This document shows positions 11,406 to 23,400 of a DNA stretch of 64,000 nucleotides, piece by piece; the stretch's first letter is position 1; each line of letters opens with the position of its first letter. The DNA comes from Phallusia mammillata (taxonomy: Eukaryota): the NCBI GenBank assembly GCA_965637545.1, contig OZ281499.1:11656001-11720000 (forward strand), given 5' to 3'. A program made the translations under genes and the position numbers. The notes below the pieces were generated by a model, which worked only from the letters and a program-made list of their open reading frames with translations, was not told where the DNA came from and searched no databases.

Positions 11406-14400
11406 ATGTGCCTCAGTTTGTCACCAGTCATTCTCCTGACAGTTCTTGTTTCCTTTACAAATGGTAAGTGACAGATTTTGTTAGAGCTAAATATTCCTGT
11501 GTTGTGACAAAAGTTGAATGTAAATTTTATATGAGTCCCAACCCCAGTTCATGTAAAGACATTCCAAATGATTTAAATGTAAGAATTTGGATTTTGGCAG
11601 ATTTTTTTTTTTTTTGGATGTGTATAAAAGTAAATGTTCTTCTACTTGTTTACACCAAGACACTTTTGTTTTAGGCTACTGCCTGGATGATGGAATCAAA
11701 ATTAAGGTACTAAACTTGTCATTTGGTGTATTGTGTTAAAATACCTTGTTTTTCAGTAACTCACAAACTCAATTTATAAAATTGAGTTGGCATTTGGGCA
11801 AGGCACAAAGTCCAAATCTGTGTAAACTCACTCTGCCAACACCAGTGCATGTAAACTATAGGATAGATAATTGTGTGTTAGCTTTGTACTGTTTGTCATG
11901 TGGGATTGTGATTGACAGCGCCTTTGTTTCTATCTTTAGAAAAAAAACATCAATTAGAGTTGAGGTTCTATTGAATTGAAAGATGATAGGCCTGGATTAT
12001 TTTCATTTCTTTGTTTTAATTAGCAAAACAACCACTTTATTTTTCCTTTTGGTTAGTTGAACAAAGATTGATTATTTGATGTCTTAAAAACTGTTTCGGG
12101 GCAATAAACAGCACAGCCACAAACATGAATAATAAGTTTACCGATTAAGGTTACTTTAAACCAAAACTACAAGTAAGGTGTCCACAGTAACAACCCTGAT
12201 TAGTAAGTGAACTCGGATTACCTTCATCTGACTATCTTCTCACGCACATATCACTTGCCAACCTTTGTTTGGGAACAATGTGATCATAACAATTGTATTG
12301 TAAGACAACAGCAACGGCAACAATGATATGTATGACATTGTGGTGGGCGATGAAATAACTTCGTTTGGTAATTTCAATCTTCTATTTCTATTCATTTGAT
12401 TATTTAGTATCGTTTGAGAATAGCAGCCTTTGTTTTTGCAAAGGGCACTGTTGGTATTCCCACGCGTGTTGTGTTGGAGCAATTAGAAATGCTGTCGCGC
12501 CCTTCAAACGTACGCTAGTGGCTGGTGTCGAACAGCGGCGAAGTCATCCATGACGATTTTCGGGTACTTGCGAAATGCCCGAACTACGTGAAATTCCTGA
12601 ATCGTTTTCATGCAAACTGTTATTTTCTACAACTTTTATTTTTATAGTTTTTAACATAACAACACCACACATTTATACCCCAATGTAACGTACAATGGTT
12701 ACCATGACAAAGTTTGAAACAATCAGCTATTGTACATGTTGAATAGTTCCTTATCGACAACTCCTAGTCCCAGACCTCGTACCCGACATCTGTCTGTCGA
12801 TACATTTCTACCACAAGTAACAACACATTTGATAAGTTAGGTTCGCACCGTCTTTCCTAATTTCCAATTAGCGTGTTGTATTTTTGTGTACTTCCACTAA
12901 GCGCGTTTCGTGATGTGTTTGCTTGTTTTTTATCGTGTGTTGCTTTATCTGTTGCCAAGTCGCTCCTTGGTCTCATGCGCATGATGCCAATGCAAACTGT
13001 TTGAAGTAATGTCCTCAGGGAGTAGTAACGTGCATGCAGATCCCGGAAATTATCCATCTTTATTTGTTGCCTGATACACCGGTAAGCTCTCGCCAGTTTC
13101 GTTTAACAGCTGGTTTGTTTCTTATTTGTGTGCCAGTAAGGAAGTCAAACTCTACTGTGAATTTACTCTGATTTTTTACCGTCGTTAGGCCAGATTTTAG
13201 GGGTTAGGCTGCACTCAATACTACAACAGATCGAGTCAACACCAGTCCACCTTCCTGTGTGACGTCATACTAGACCGATTGTCATCTTTTACGAGTTTAG
13301 GTGTACCTACGTGCGATTGATGGAACGTGCCTACTGAAAGGACCCGGTCATGTAAAAATTTGCGCCTTTCTCTGTCGTGAAACAATCACGAGAGCGCGAA
13401 ATTTTATATCGCACACTTTAATAGAATGTGGTGTTGGTTTTCTCGAAGTGCCTTCGACAGAGGCATCAAAGTAATATGTTGTGTTATGTTGGCTTGCTTT
13501 GTAATATACGCATACCCCGAGATTTTATTCAATATCGCAACGCTATTTTTGGAAATAGCGAGAATCTTAATCTGCTCCAGCTTTACAATGGCACAGCATA
13601 AAAATAAATGCTCCATAATGAAACTACTTTATAAATATATTAAAACATTCATTTGCCCGGTTCAGGGTGTTAAACATGCTGTAACGAGACATTCCGAATT
13701 TGAACCGGGATTAAGTGTGGAAATTCTCATCGGTCACTTGAAATTCCCCATTTGTTACGTCTAAGTATGAAGTGGATGTGTTAGTGCGGTGTGTTGATAC
13801 TTGACGACGCGATTGTCACCTCGGGCTCAAGGCAAATAGGAAACCATCTGACCAGCAGGTGACCACAACCTTGATATGGCTGTGCTTTGCTATCAGTTCT
13901 CACATGTGATAGTGAGAAGTTTTCGCCACTTTGGCGTCTGAATAAGAAACTGCTTATGCCAGTGCCTGTGTTAAATCCGGTATACAATTTAAGTGGCATT
14001 AATATTGTGAATCCGTTTTGATCTTCAGCTGCTCTTGAATGGTAAACAGACCTTTGACTTGAACCTTTCGTCAAAGTCATTTGCGCATTTCGATATAATC
14101 CATTTTTTCTAATTGCGAATTTTGCATAAAGTTTCCAAAGGTGCACTTAAATGTGATTTAATGTACTTTTGGCATAACAATTTTATACTTTTTATCGGAT
14201 TTCGATTTTGAGACATTGCGTACTCCATGATTGAATACAAGTGGAAGCGTTTGACATTCAAAATAATCCTCCTGTGGTGTTAGCTGTCATTCCAGCTGTG
14301 GTACGCTGCTCGTTTTTGGTGCTGACAAAGGCTGATCGCCGCTAAATAACCGACAATTAATTCTCTATATGTGTGGGCGTTCCTCGGAAGAAGTTCGTGC

Positions 14401-17400
14401 TGTACTTTGACCGAACTTTTAGTCATCTTTATCTCGACCTATGTGACTTCAGGTAGCTAAGGCCAAACAAACCGACACTTGTCAAGTGTTGGTTTATTTT
14501 ATGTTTTCAACCCTTTTTACTAGAAACCCGGTGAATCTGTGTCCATTAGCGTTGTTTGTGTAAGAGTGCGCCATAGTCGTCGCATTACCTGTATTTAATC
14601 AGAGATATGAGTTTATTTGTCTTTCAAATGGTGACACAATGGACCGGACCTAGGTTGGTGACAGATAACCATGAAACTTCGTTGGTTACTCCATACAAAC
14701 GTTTTTCCCTGTAATTTTACGGTCTATGGTCCAAATGATGTGTTCTACCACGGGCTTCTTTCTCAACGGAAGGAGATTCGCTGTAACGATTTCCTTCGTC
14801 AGTCGTACGCATAGTTCCCAGGTTTCCATTGTTTTACGCAGGTGCATTCAGGTGACACGTTGTCTCTACGAATGCAGGTTGACGTCATCGAATTGTGCAA
14901 TAGAAGGGTGTGCGCGGCAGTACACGAGTTGCCTTTGTTTGATTCGGCCAGTCACTTAAAGCTTTGTGGTCATAGTGATTGTTAGGCGTAAGAGGCACAC
15001 GGATGCTCTTGTTGCCAGGATACGCTTTTTATTGACCTTTCAAAAAGCGAACGGTGGATTTTGCATTGAGGGGTTTGACCTGCAGCGTGCATAGCACAGG
15101 AATGTCAAGCGTCTGTTTGAAGTTATTTGACAATGTTACAAGCCGTGAAGTGTTCTTCAAACCACTCACCGGCAATGTCAAATGCGCGTTACTTCAAACA
15201 TCCCGGCTAAGGTATTTCATATTCGCGCTAGGACCTACTTCATTCCATAAGGGGTTGACACATACTATTTAATAGTGCCTACAACCGTTTCGATTAGGCG
15301 TGACATCCAAAAATGAAAGTCCACGAAATTCTCTTCCTTAAGCACGTATGTGACGTCACATTGGTATTTTGGCCACTTGAACAATATGTGTACATAGCCG
15401 AGCCTGTCGTATGGGATACGCACTGCGATATCCAAAAATACGTATTGACTTGTGGTGAGCATATTTGATGTTCAATGATAGATCACGCAAACCGGCTCGA
15501 ACCGATTCTTCGTTGTCACGCGAAAATTGTGACAATGTTTTGGCCAAAATCTTCGCCCAGGGAATCCAGTTGACTGCAGTTTACCGTAACATACAGGCTT
15601 TTGCGCCTAATACAGTCAGCAAACAAATTGAATGGCGCCAATAGGCTGCTGTTGTGGTGCTGAAGAGCCGCTTATGTAGAGTAGTCGGCTGTACCGTTGT
15701 CGCTGTTTACAGTGATACTGCTGTACACTGCCTAATTTCCGTTCAATGTGAGATAAAATACAGCGGTACGAAGCCCGCGGCATGTATTCTACAAAATCCT
15801 AAACAGAGCCCGGCTGTAATGTGACGGTGTGCCGTGGTTTCCGGCGACTGTCGGTTTGCCACTGAGCTACAGACCGAGCTGTACACCTCAGACTCACAAA
15901 GCTCGGCTTGTTAATTTTCTTAGCCTAATCGGTTTAGTGATTACCAATAGTCTTTGCCACTTCTCTGCCTTTATTCTGTGTCTAAAAGTTGACATGAGGT
16001 AAACTGTTTGACCTTTTTAACCAAAGTTGGTATAAAGGTGAGGTAAATACTTGTAATGTATGTTGTGTTTGGAATTTTCTTCAATTGAATACTTTTAAGG
16101 TTTTTGATAAAAAAAATGATTTTTAATTTTTCAGAAACGTTTTTTGTGTTTTTCACTTTTTAAAATCCTGCCGAAACGAACTCCACATTTTCTTTCATGA
16201 AGCACAGCTGAGTCGTAGAAACAACATATCGACGATTTATATTTAGTTTACCCCCTTTCTAAACGCGGTTTCTGCAGTACTTTGTACCCTCACTGATAAG
16301 GCGCGATTAAACTGACATAGACATCACCAAATGGGTGTCACACATTTTCCGAACAAACAGCGGACTTCTTGTACTTGCACTTCGCTCCTAATCGTGATGT
16401 AACTGTTATATCGTGGGAAACTGGCGGTAACGTCAGTTTCTATTCAGGCAACCAACAAAAGTCACCAGCCTAACGGTAGAAAATGTATTTTTCACGCCAG
16501 GATATAGTGCGTAATAATGGGCTTAGAAGTTGACAATGTGTGAGAATGTGTCAAACACTATGTTAAATTCTCATTTAGCAAGATTTCTTACAACATGACT
16601 AGTGCATAATTGCATATCCGAGCGACGTAATGCGACCGCGATAATTCAATCGAATGATTAACATGTACGAGTGGAGCTGGCGAAGTGTACAAGTTGTCGT
16701 AAATGTGGGAAGATGTATGGACTTTGACAGATGCACGCAAAGGTACACTACTTTTCCATCTCAATTTCCCGCACACGATGCTGATGCCTGATTTTATCTT
16801 CAATGTTTGAAGATCTGTTAAGTCACTTTTCGTTTTGCGCCGACTTCTGTGTGCAAAAAAACCCTAGGGTCCCTTAACCTGAGAGAGGTATCTTGTACTA
16901 CCGATGTAAATGTTATCCTCGAAGGACGAATCCACACCCTATTGTAAACCTGTACATTATCTGCTGGGTCAAGTACTTTGACACCGTCATTAGAGTTCAT
17001 CGCGTGCCAGTAAGGATACCCCAAACTTTCATTGCGTGCGACCTCCCTGGTAACCCACCCACACCAATCGTCGACTTAGCTATTGTCCACGTCCAACTTT
17101 GTAAAATCGATACATTTGTGACGTGTGTAATCCATCACTGTTCGTTCATCCCACTTTGTCGGCTTGCTTTGATATGAGAATATTAGGTTTTGCCGCGTCA
17201 GAAAGTCCTTTCTTTATTGGTCGCTGTATTTTCTTTCAAAGTAGCCAGGATGATTTCATACAGGATAAAAAGTTTGTTGTTGTTGTTGATGTTTCGGACA
17301 TTGCACTTAATCCACAGAATCAACTCTTTCAAAGAGTGGCGCACGACATCAAACGATTAATTTATCTTTTCGCTTCTTGCGAGAACGCCGGCTATTGTTG

Positions 17401-20400
17401 GTGTCATAACACTTTCCACGTGGCTTGGCACGTGTGCGTGAGAAAGAAAAGTGACACGAAATGTCGGCGGTTGCCACGACATTTCTACTTTTTTCTTTGT
17501 TCCGAAGTGCTGTTATACCCCGACGACCCATCTTACATTCTCAAGAGTCAAATATACAAAGGCGTACTGTGCCCGTGGTGCGTGATTAACAAGGAACATT
17601 ACGAACCACAATCTGGTCGATATATATAGGGGGTATAACATATAACATATATATAGCAAGGGTGCCTTGATGGTTACAGTGCGTACATCCACTGTCATAA
17701 AATTAGTTTTATTTCATGCGAAATATTGCCCCTCCTTATTCAACACAAAGCTGTGGCAAAGCTCAACTGGTGCAAGATGCAGCTTTTACACCAAAGACCA
17801 AACCCTTAAGCTCATTCTTTATGCCAGGGAGACGTGACGAGTTGTTGGCGCCAAGCTGCCGCTCATTTTTTGCTTGTAGCCCCTGTATTATCGTTCAGAT
17901 AGACTGCAGTGCATCGGAGATCGCCTCGCCCCGAGCATCAATCAATGTCGTTCTGCGATTTTTCAATGGTCGTTTGCGTAATTGTTTTTCTGCGTTACCA
18001 CCGGACACTTCTTTGACACAGTACCTGTTAAATTGTCGGTTTGTTGCTTGCTCGGGCCAATTCGCCGTAAGTGCCCGTTGTATTTCGACGCATCACAATT
18101 AAGATAAATATTTTGAGTCGTCTATTATCATTCAAGCTCAACGTAAATCCGATGTGTTGCGGCTAGGGTGTGCCGAACACACTCCGTATTGACCCCACTC
18201 CCCTAATAAAAGCCTCTTCATGCCATCCCATAATCAAGGCCTTGTTTGGTATTTTAACGTTTGGGAATAAAACATTAAACCAACAAGACCCGTGATTCTG
18301 TTATATTCGTTGAACCACCACGCGTTATCATTATGTCTTTTCCCGGCACTTGTATGGGAAATTAAACCGCATCGCTTTGTGAGGTTTTTCAGAAAGCGGT
18401 GCTTAAAATTGCGCAATTTCGTTCCACCAACAAAACATTTTTAAACGCGAGTTGAGTTTAAATTATTTTATTTCAAGGCGGCTGGAAAATTCTAGAGGTA
18501 CAAACCCAATTTCCCCCTGTAAATTATTCAGTCTTTTTTGTGTGTTGTAACTCACTGGAACAATAAAGCTGCTATTGTGAACGGTACCTCACCTTTATTC
18601 CGAAGCTGTTCGTAAAAATGCGTTGTTCGCAATTGTTGTCCACTACCGGTTCTGTCTCGTTTTTTGGTCGCGTGTCTGAGGCAGGGCTCCGTCTCCAGCT
18701 ATTTCAAAGAAGCGAACAAGCAGGCCTAAGACTCAGTTACATTTCGAGGACAAAAAAGTTTTCGTAAGCTAGTGCTCGCTCATGCGGGAAGCTTTGAAAC
18801 GGCGCGGGGTGATTTGCGTTGTTCTGCGTCAATTTGGCAAGAGTCCGCTTCAAATGATTGGCGTGAAATTTTAAGCTCTTTATCTTGCTGAATCACTTTT
18901 CAAGCAAAAAAACTTTTAAATCAGAAATTTCCATCTGAAGTGGTATTATCCCGCTTGAAAATTTATATTTTCCCATAACGTGTGTTGTCAGGTGTGGGGC
19001 GGTTCGTGCGAGTCAAGTGTCGTTCCGCTTTACTGCATGTTCGTCGCTTCACCTTTACAGTGAGAAACTGGGCAGGAATGCATTGCATTTCAACCATCCG
19101 CCAGCGCCCAGTCTGTCGTGTTTGAAGTCTGGGTAATTGTATACGCCCACACCGCAGTAAGAAACGTGTTTTGGTGTATTAAGCATAGAAATGCGCCTGC
19201 GTGTGGGACCCTGCGGTTGTTGATGCTCATTTCTTTAAAACAAAGTCGTGAATAAGCGCCTGTGCCTGGAAACCAATGGTGAGGGGTGTTATTCATTGAC
19301 AAACTATTTAGGATTCTATCCGCAAAACAATAAAGCAATACATTCTTGTCTGGCTTTCTCCTTGCTATGCTTATTCCAAGCAAGCTAATTTCGGGTTTTG
19401 TAGCGCGCCACCGGCTACAAATTGCAGTTATTTTTTTGTCGTCTGTTGCGAGAAAACTGCTCGAAATACGTCGGTTTGTTTGGATAAAGATCGTCAATGA
19501 TATGGCTCACCTGCTTGTAGTGCCTCAATTGCATGGATTTTCTGAAATTGCGCGCATAACATCATTCTACGGGTTGTAATTTTACTCTGTGCAACCTTCG
19601 ACTCTTTTTAGGTCAAAGGTTTCACAAAACGCGAAAATGTATGGTGTTGTACTACTCGGTTTTATGTAACTGTATCTCGGCCATTGAACGTAAAACAGGA
19701 AGTTATTGAAGCTATTTTCATGTTAGCCGGCATATCGATTGACTGCACTCCGACTGTCATCTACTCGATATTTGCTGCAATCGGATACGCCCAATTTTTC
19801 ACTTGGCACCCTCTGACATTTTTACGTTGTCCTGATTACACTGATGTGCTGTTTCCAAGTGTAATGACCCCAAATCACGTGATCGTATTTTCGCAAATGT
19901 GTATATGGCGACAAAATTGTTTTTGACAATTTTGATTCGCTATTTAAACTTAAAAAAGTAAAGGCATTTCTCACGAGGCCAACGGACATTATAAAGCTGC
20001 CATTCCTGGTTGCGCATGGTCACTTTTAAAACCTTGTCCAAATAACCGGGATTTTTACGTGTTTGCACTGAGCAGCTTCACTTTCGACATGGGTGTGTTG
20101 GATCGGGTCGACCACCGGTCGCGCATGAACAGCTGAATTCAGTGGCCGGTGCGTAACACAAGCTTGAACAAACAAGGCTAAAAAAATATACTCAAGTGGT
20201 CACTGTTGAGTTTGAAAAAGGCCAGTGACTAGGGCGCTGATGGTGCTTCATTTAACGAGCCGTGCATTCCCGTAATTCCGCCTGTCTGAGAGTTATTTGT
20301 TATGGAAGTACCATTCGATCTTCATACCAGTGACAATTGACTGCCTTTTTGTTCATTCCTCGTTAAATCACGTGTTTGTTTTGGTCTGTGCGGTTTGGTA

Positions 20401-23400
20401 AAGTCGTCCTGCCTTTTAATGTGCCGTTGGCGCTGGCTTTAGTGCGGATCTAAAATACAACAAAGAAATGCATATGATTGTGCATCATCAATTACCATAT
20501 CCGTCCCGGTACAGGCAATTGCCCTGCATTGCTATTGCATATGATCTTAACATGGATTAGCGTCTTGCTGGGAGGCGCTGAATTACTCGGGTTAACCGGT
20601 CGCTACCGGCGATAGATGGACCAAGCGCCGGGAAATGGACATTTGCAGGCGTCAATCAAACGCGACGTTTTCGCCTGGAGACACGCATCAATGCCGACAC
20701 GATTGCGACATAGCTGTGAGCTGATGCGTCGATGCCAGAGCTTAGGTTTGAAATAACATTAGGTTTTTAGAATCCTTTTCGAAATGGAAACATTCGATAA
20801 ATTTATATTACCGGATTTACTTAGTCCTAATGTTGCGGGTAGTGATAAATATTTACCTGGGATAAGATTCCTTGATCTGAAGTTTTGTCACTCTTTTAGA
20901 GCTTTTGTGGAGGCGCATTACAATGGTAACCACAGTGTTGCAAGTATTTGGCTTTCACTTACGCCCAGAAACATCGCATCTTTAGGCACAGGTAGGAGAA
21001 AATCGCGATTACGCTGCTCAACGGTTTCCTTTGGCTTAGTGCGGTTTGATGCATTCGTCAGATTGAACACCCGCCTGTTAGCACCCGGAATTCGCTTTGT
21101 CCTTTACTACAACGGAAACCCGTAGGCAATTATGCCGACTCGCCCCCAAAGAAACTGTTTCGGGTCAAATCTAATAAGGCACATTTGATACACCATTAGA
21201 TAAATTATTTCGGACTTAGACGGACACACTCCAGACCGCAACAAACATAAGATTAAATAACGATTTCTCTTCAACAATCCCAATTTTTATTTAGCACTCT
21301 GTGTGTGTGGAGTTAAAAATGATTCCCTGGACGTTTACAAAAATGTATCAGATTTGTAATGCATTAAATTAATTGACAATTATGTTCTTTGACAGTTACG
21401 TAACTTCATTGTAACTCACTTTTCTCTCTAACATAGCACATTTAAACAAACCGTGAATTGTTGTGGAAGTAGTAAACTTGCCACAAAATAGCGCGGCTTG
21501 TAATTCTTTGCGCTTGGATGCCTGCGATAATCCCTTGGTTTTTTATTTTCCAAAAATACTGTTTGATATGTCAACCCACAGGCATGTGCAAAGGCCTTCA
21601 AATTTTTGTCTTATCTCTTCGTATGTTGTATGAAAAAAATTTTTTTCGCACTTGAATTAAGTTTTATAAATCCCGCATATATCAGGGCAACCTGTCATGA
21701 TTTTCTTCACCGCAAGTGCTTTAATGGTGGTTATGTGCAGTTCGTATAAAAGCCAGACAACCTTGGATGTCGTTCTCCCTTGATGTGAGACGAAACACAG
21801 CTCACACAATATCATTATCAGTTCGAATTTCCTGGTAGCGTGAATTTAGGTTCGGCGAGCCCAAAACGTGCTTAGGGGCGCTGCGACACCAATACATTTA
21901 TCTGCATCTGCGGGGAGCTAAATTACAGGCTCGGCGCAGCAACGACTTGTGTTGATAAATTGTATCACGCGATGTTACGCGCTTTCTGGTGGAAGTGTCA
22001 GGAGATTCCGCTTTTTGCCTTGACACTGGTTTATTTGTTGTCGTAACGGACAAGTGGTAACGCGGAATGCATCGCTTGTCATGCGTGACGTGTCACTTGC
22101 GGCAAGATGAAATGCGCACGCAACCTGGGTCAGTACAAGTGTGACGTGCATGCAAAACATTGACTTGCTTCAGTACAGTCCTTCTGTGCGATGTGGAAAA
22201 AAAATTGCACTTCAAAATCTTGCAACAAGTTCCCGCTCAGTGTAATAACTTAATCGAGATATAAAATAAAACGCCAACACGCGATTGCATTCAGGTTCAT
22301 TCTAGTGAAGCCGGAATGTTGAGTGGTTTACGCGGGAGCTGCGTTGTTTGGTCGCGGTCTATATATACTTCCCCATTTATGCGGGTTGCGGTAGGCCCGG
22401 TAACATTCGCTACATCGCAGGTGACCGTGAACTTGCCGCCCATTTCGTCCCACAGCGTGGGATCTTCAAACGCCACCAATGTCCGGAGAACACCTGCGAA
22501 AACACGCGAAAGTTTCGATACTCCACGTCAGCAATAGTGTCCGGATATGAACCACATCGACAGGATACTCGGATACAAAATTGTGGTTTTATTCGCCCAT
22601 TTTTTAAATATTTGGCGGCGGAATGATAATGTGTTGCTGATGGGCGCAAGGTTACCACGTAATTGATGAGGATAGTCATCAAACCTGCACCACCGCGCCT
22701 TTGGATGCAAGCAATCTTCAATTTCTGCTTCAGCCTTTTTTCGTGTCTCTCGGTTTCCCAAACAGTGTTCGCACTGAACAGGATTGATAAGCAGTGATAT
22801 CGACCTGATGCGATCTGCGCGTGCTGTGAAAATAAACAAGCATCGACTCATTTAGTTTCGGGCCATAGCAGGGAAGCTAAATTAATTTTGCACCTTCTAT
22901 TTCACTGAGTCAGACAAGACACCTTTGTCAGGTCCACAATCGCATTTTTATATTTTTACTTTTTCTTATGACGTCGACCCGGGATTTGTTTATAGTTTTG
23001 TAACTTTTCCAACTTGACTATATTTTTACGATTGCAGAACGGCACATTGTGGAAGAAGGATTCCTGCACAAGCTGCTCTTGTTCAGATGGAATATTAACT
23101 TGCCATCAACAGACATGCACTGACCCTCAGTGTGACACGACAAAGGTGAACACCCTACTTGTTTCATGCATCTGGTTTAGCTGTATTCATCTAGTGTTTT
23201 TATTATTAAAGAAAACAATAAATTAAGAAGTGTATAACTGTGCTTTTACAGAAATCGTCCTGAACCAACGTGCGCTCATATATCGGCGAAATCGATATTA
23301 TTTGTTTACAATACATTGCAACACGAAAAACACAGATTGATTTAGGTGTACTGAAAGCTTCAGTTACTAAGTTTAAATTAAGAAGTGATTATTAAATTAG

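Noticed and set aside
13694-13710. tRNA T-arm/B-box-like CCGGTTCAAATTCGG on the minus strand
   Set aside because: No acceptor stem, D-arm or A-box could be built around it.
17123-18102. 168 aa and 128 aa plus-strand ORFs in FRAS1 intron 2
   Set aside because: No recognisable motifs, no supporting splice chain and atypical composition. Reverse frames are also interrupted, so chance ORFs are likely.
19090-19497. 135 aa minus-strand ORF
   Set aside because: No homology or domain pattern recognised, and no partner exons identified.
22528-22530. Cys-TGA as a second selenoprotein
   Set aside because: No SECIS found nearby and no known selenoprotein fold. A splice model removes this codon.
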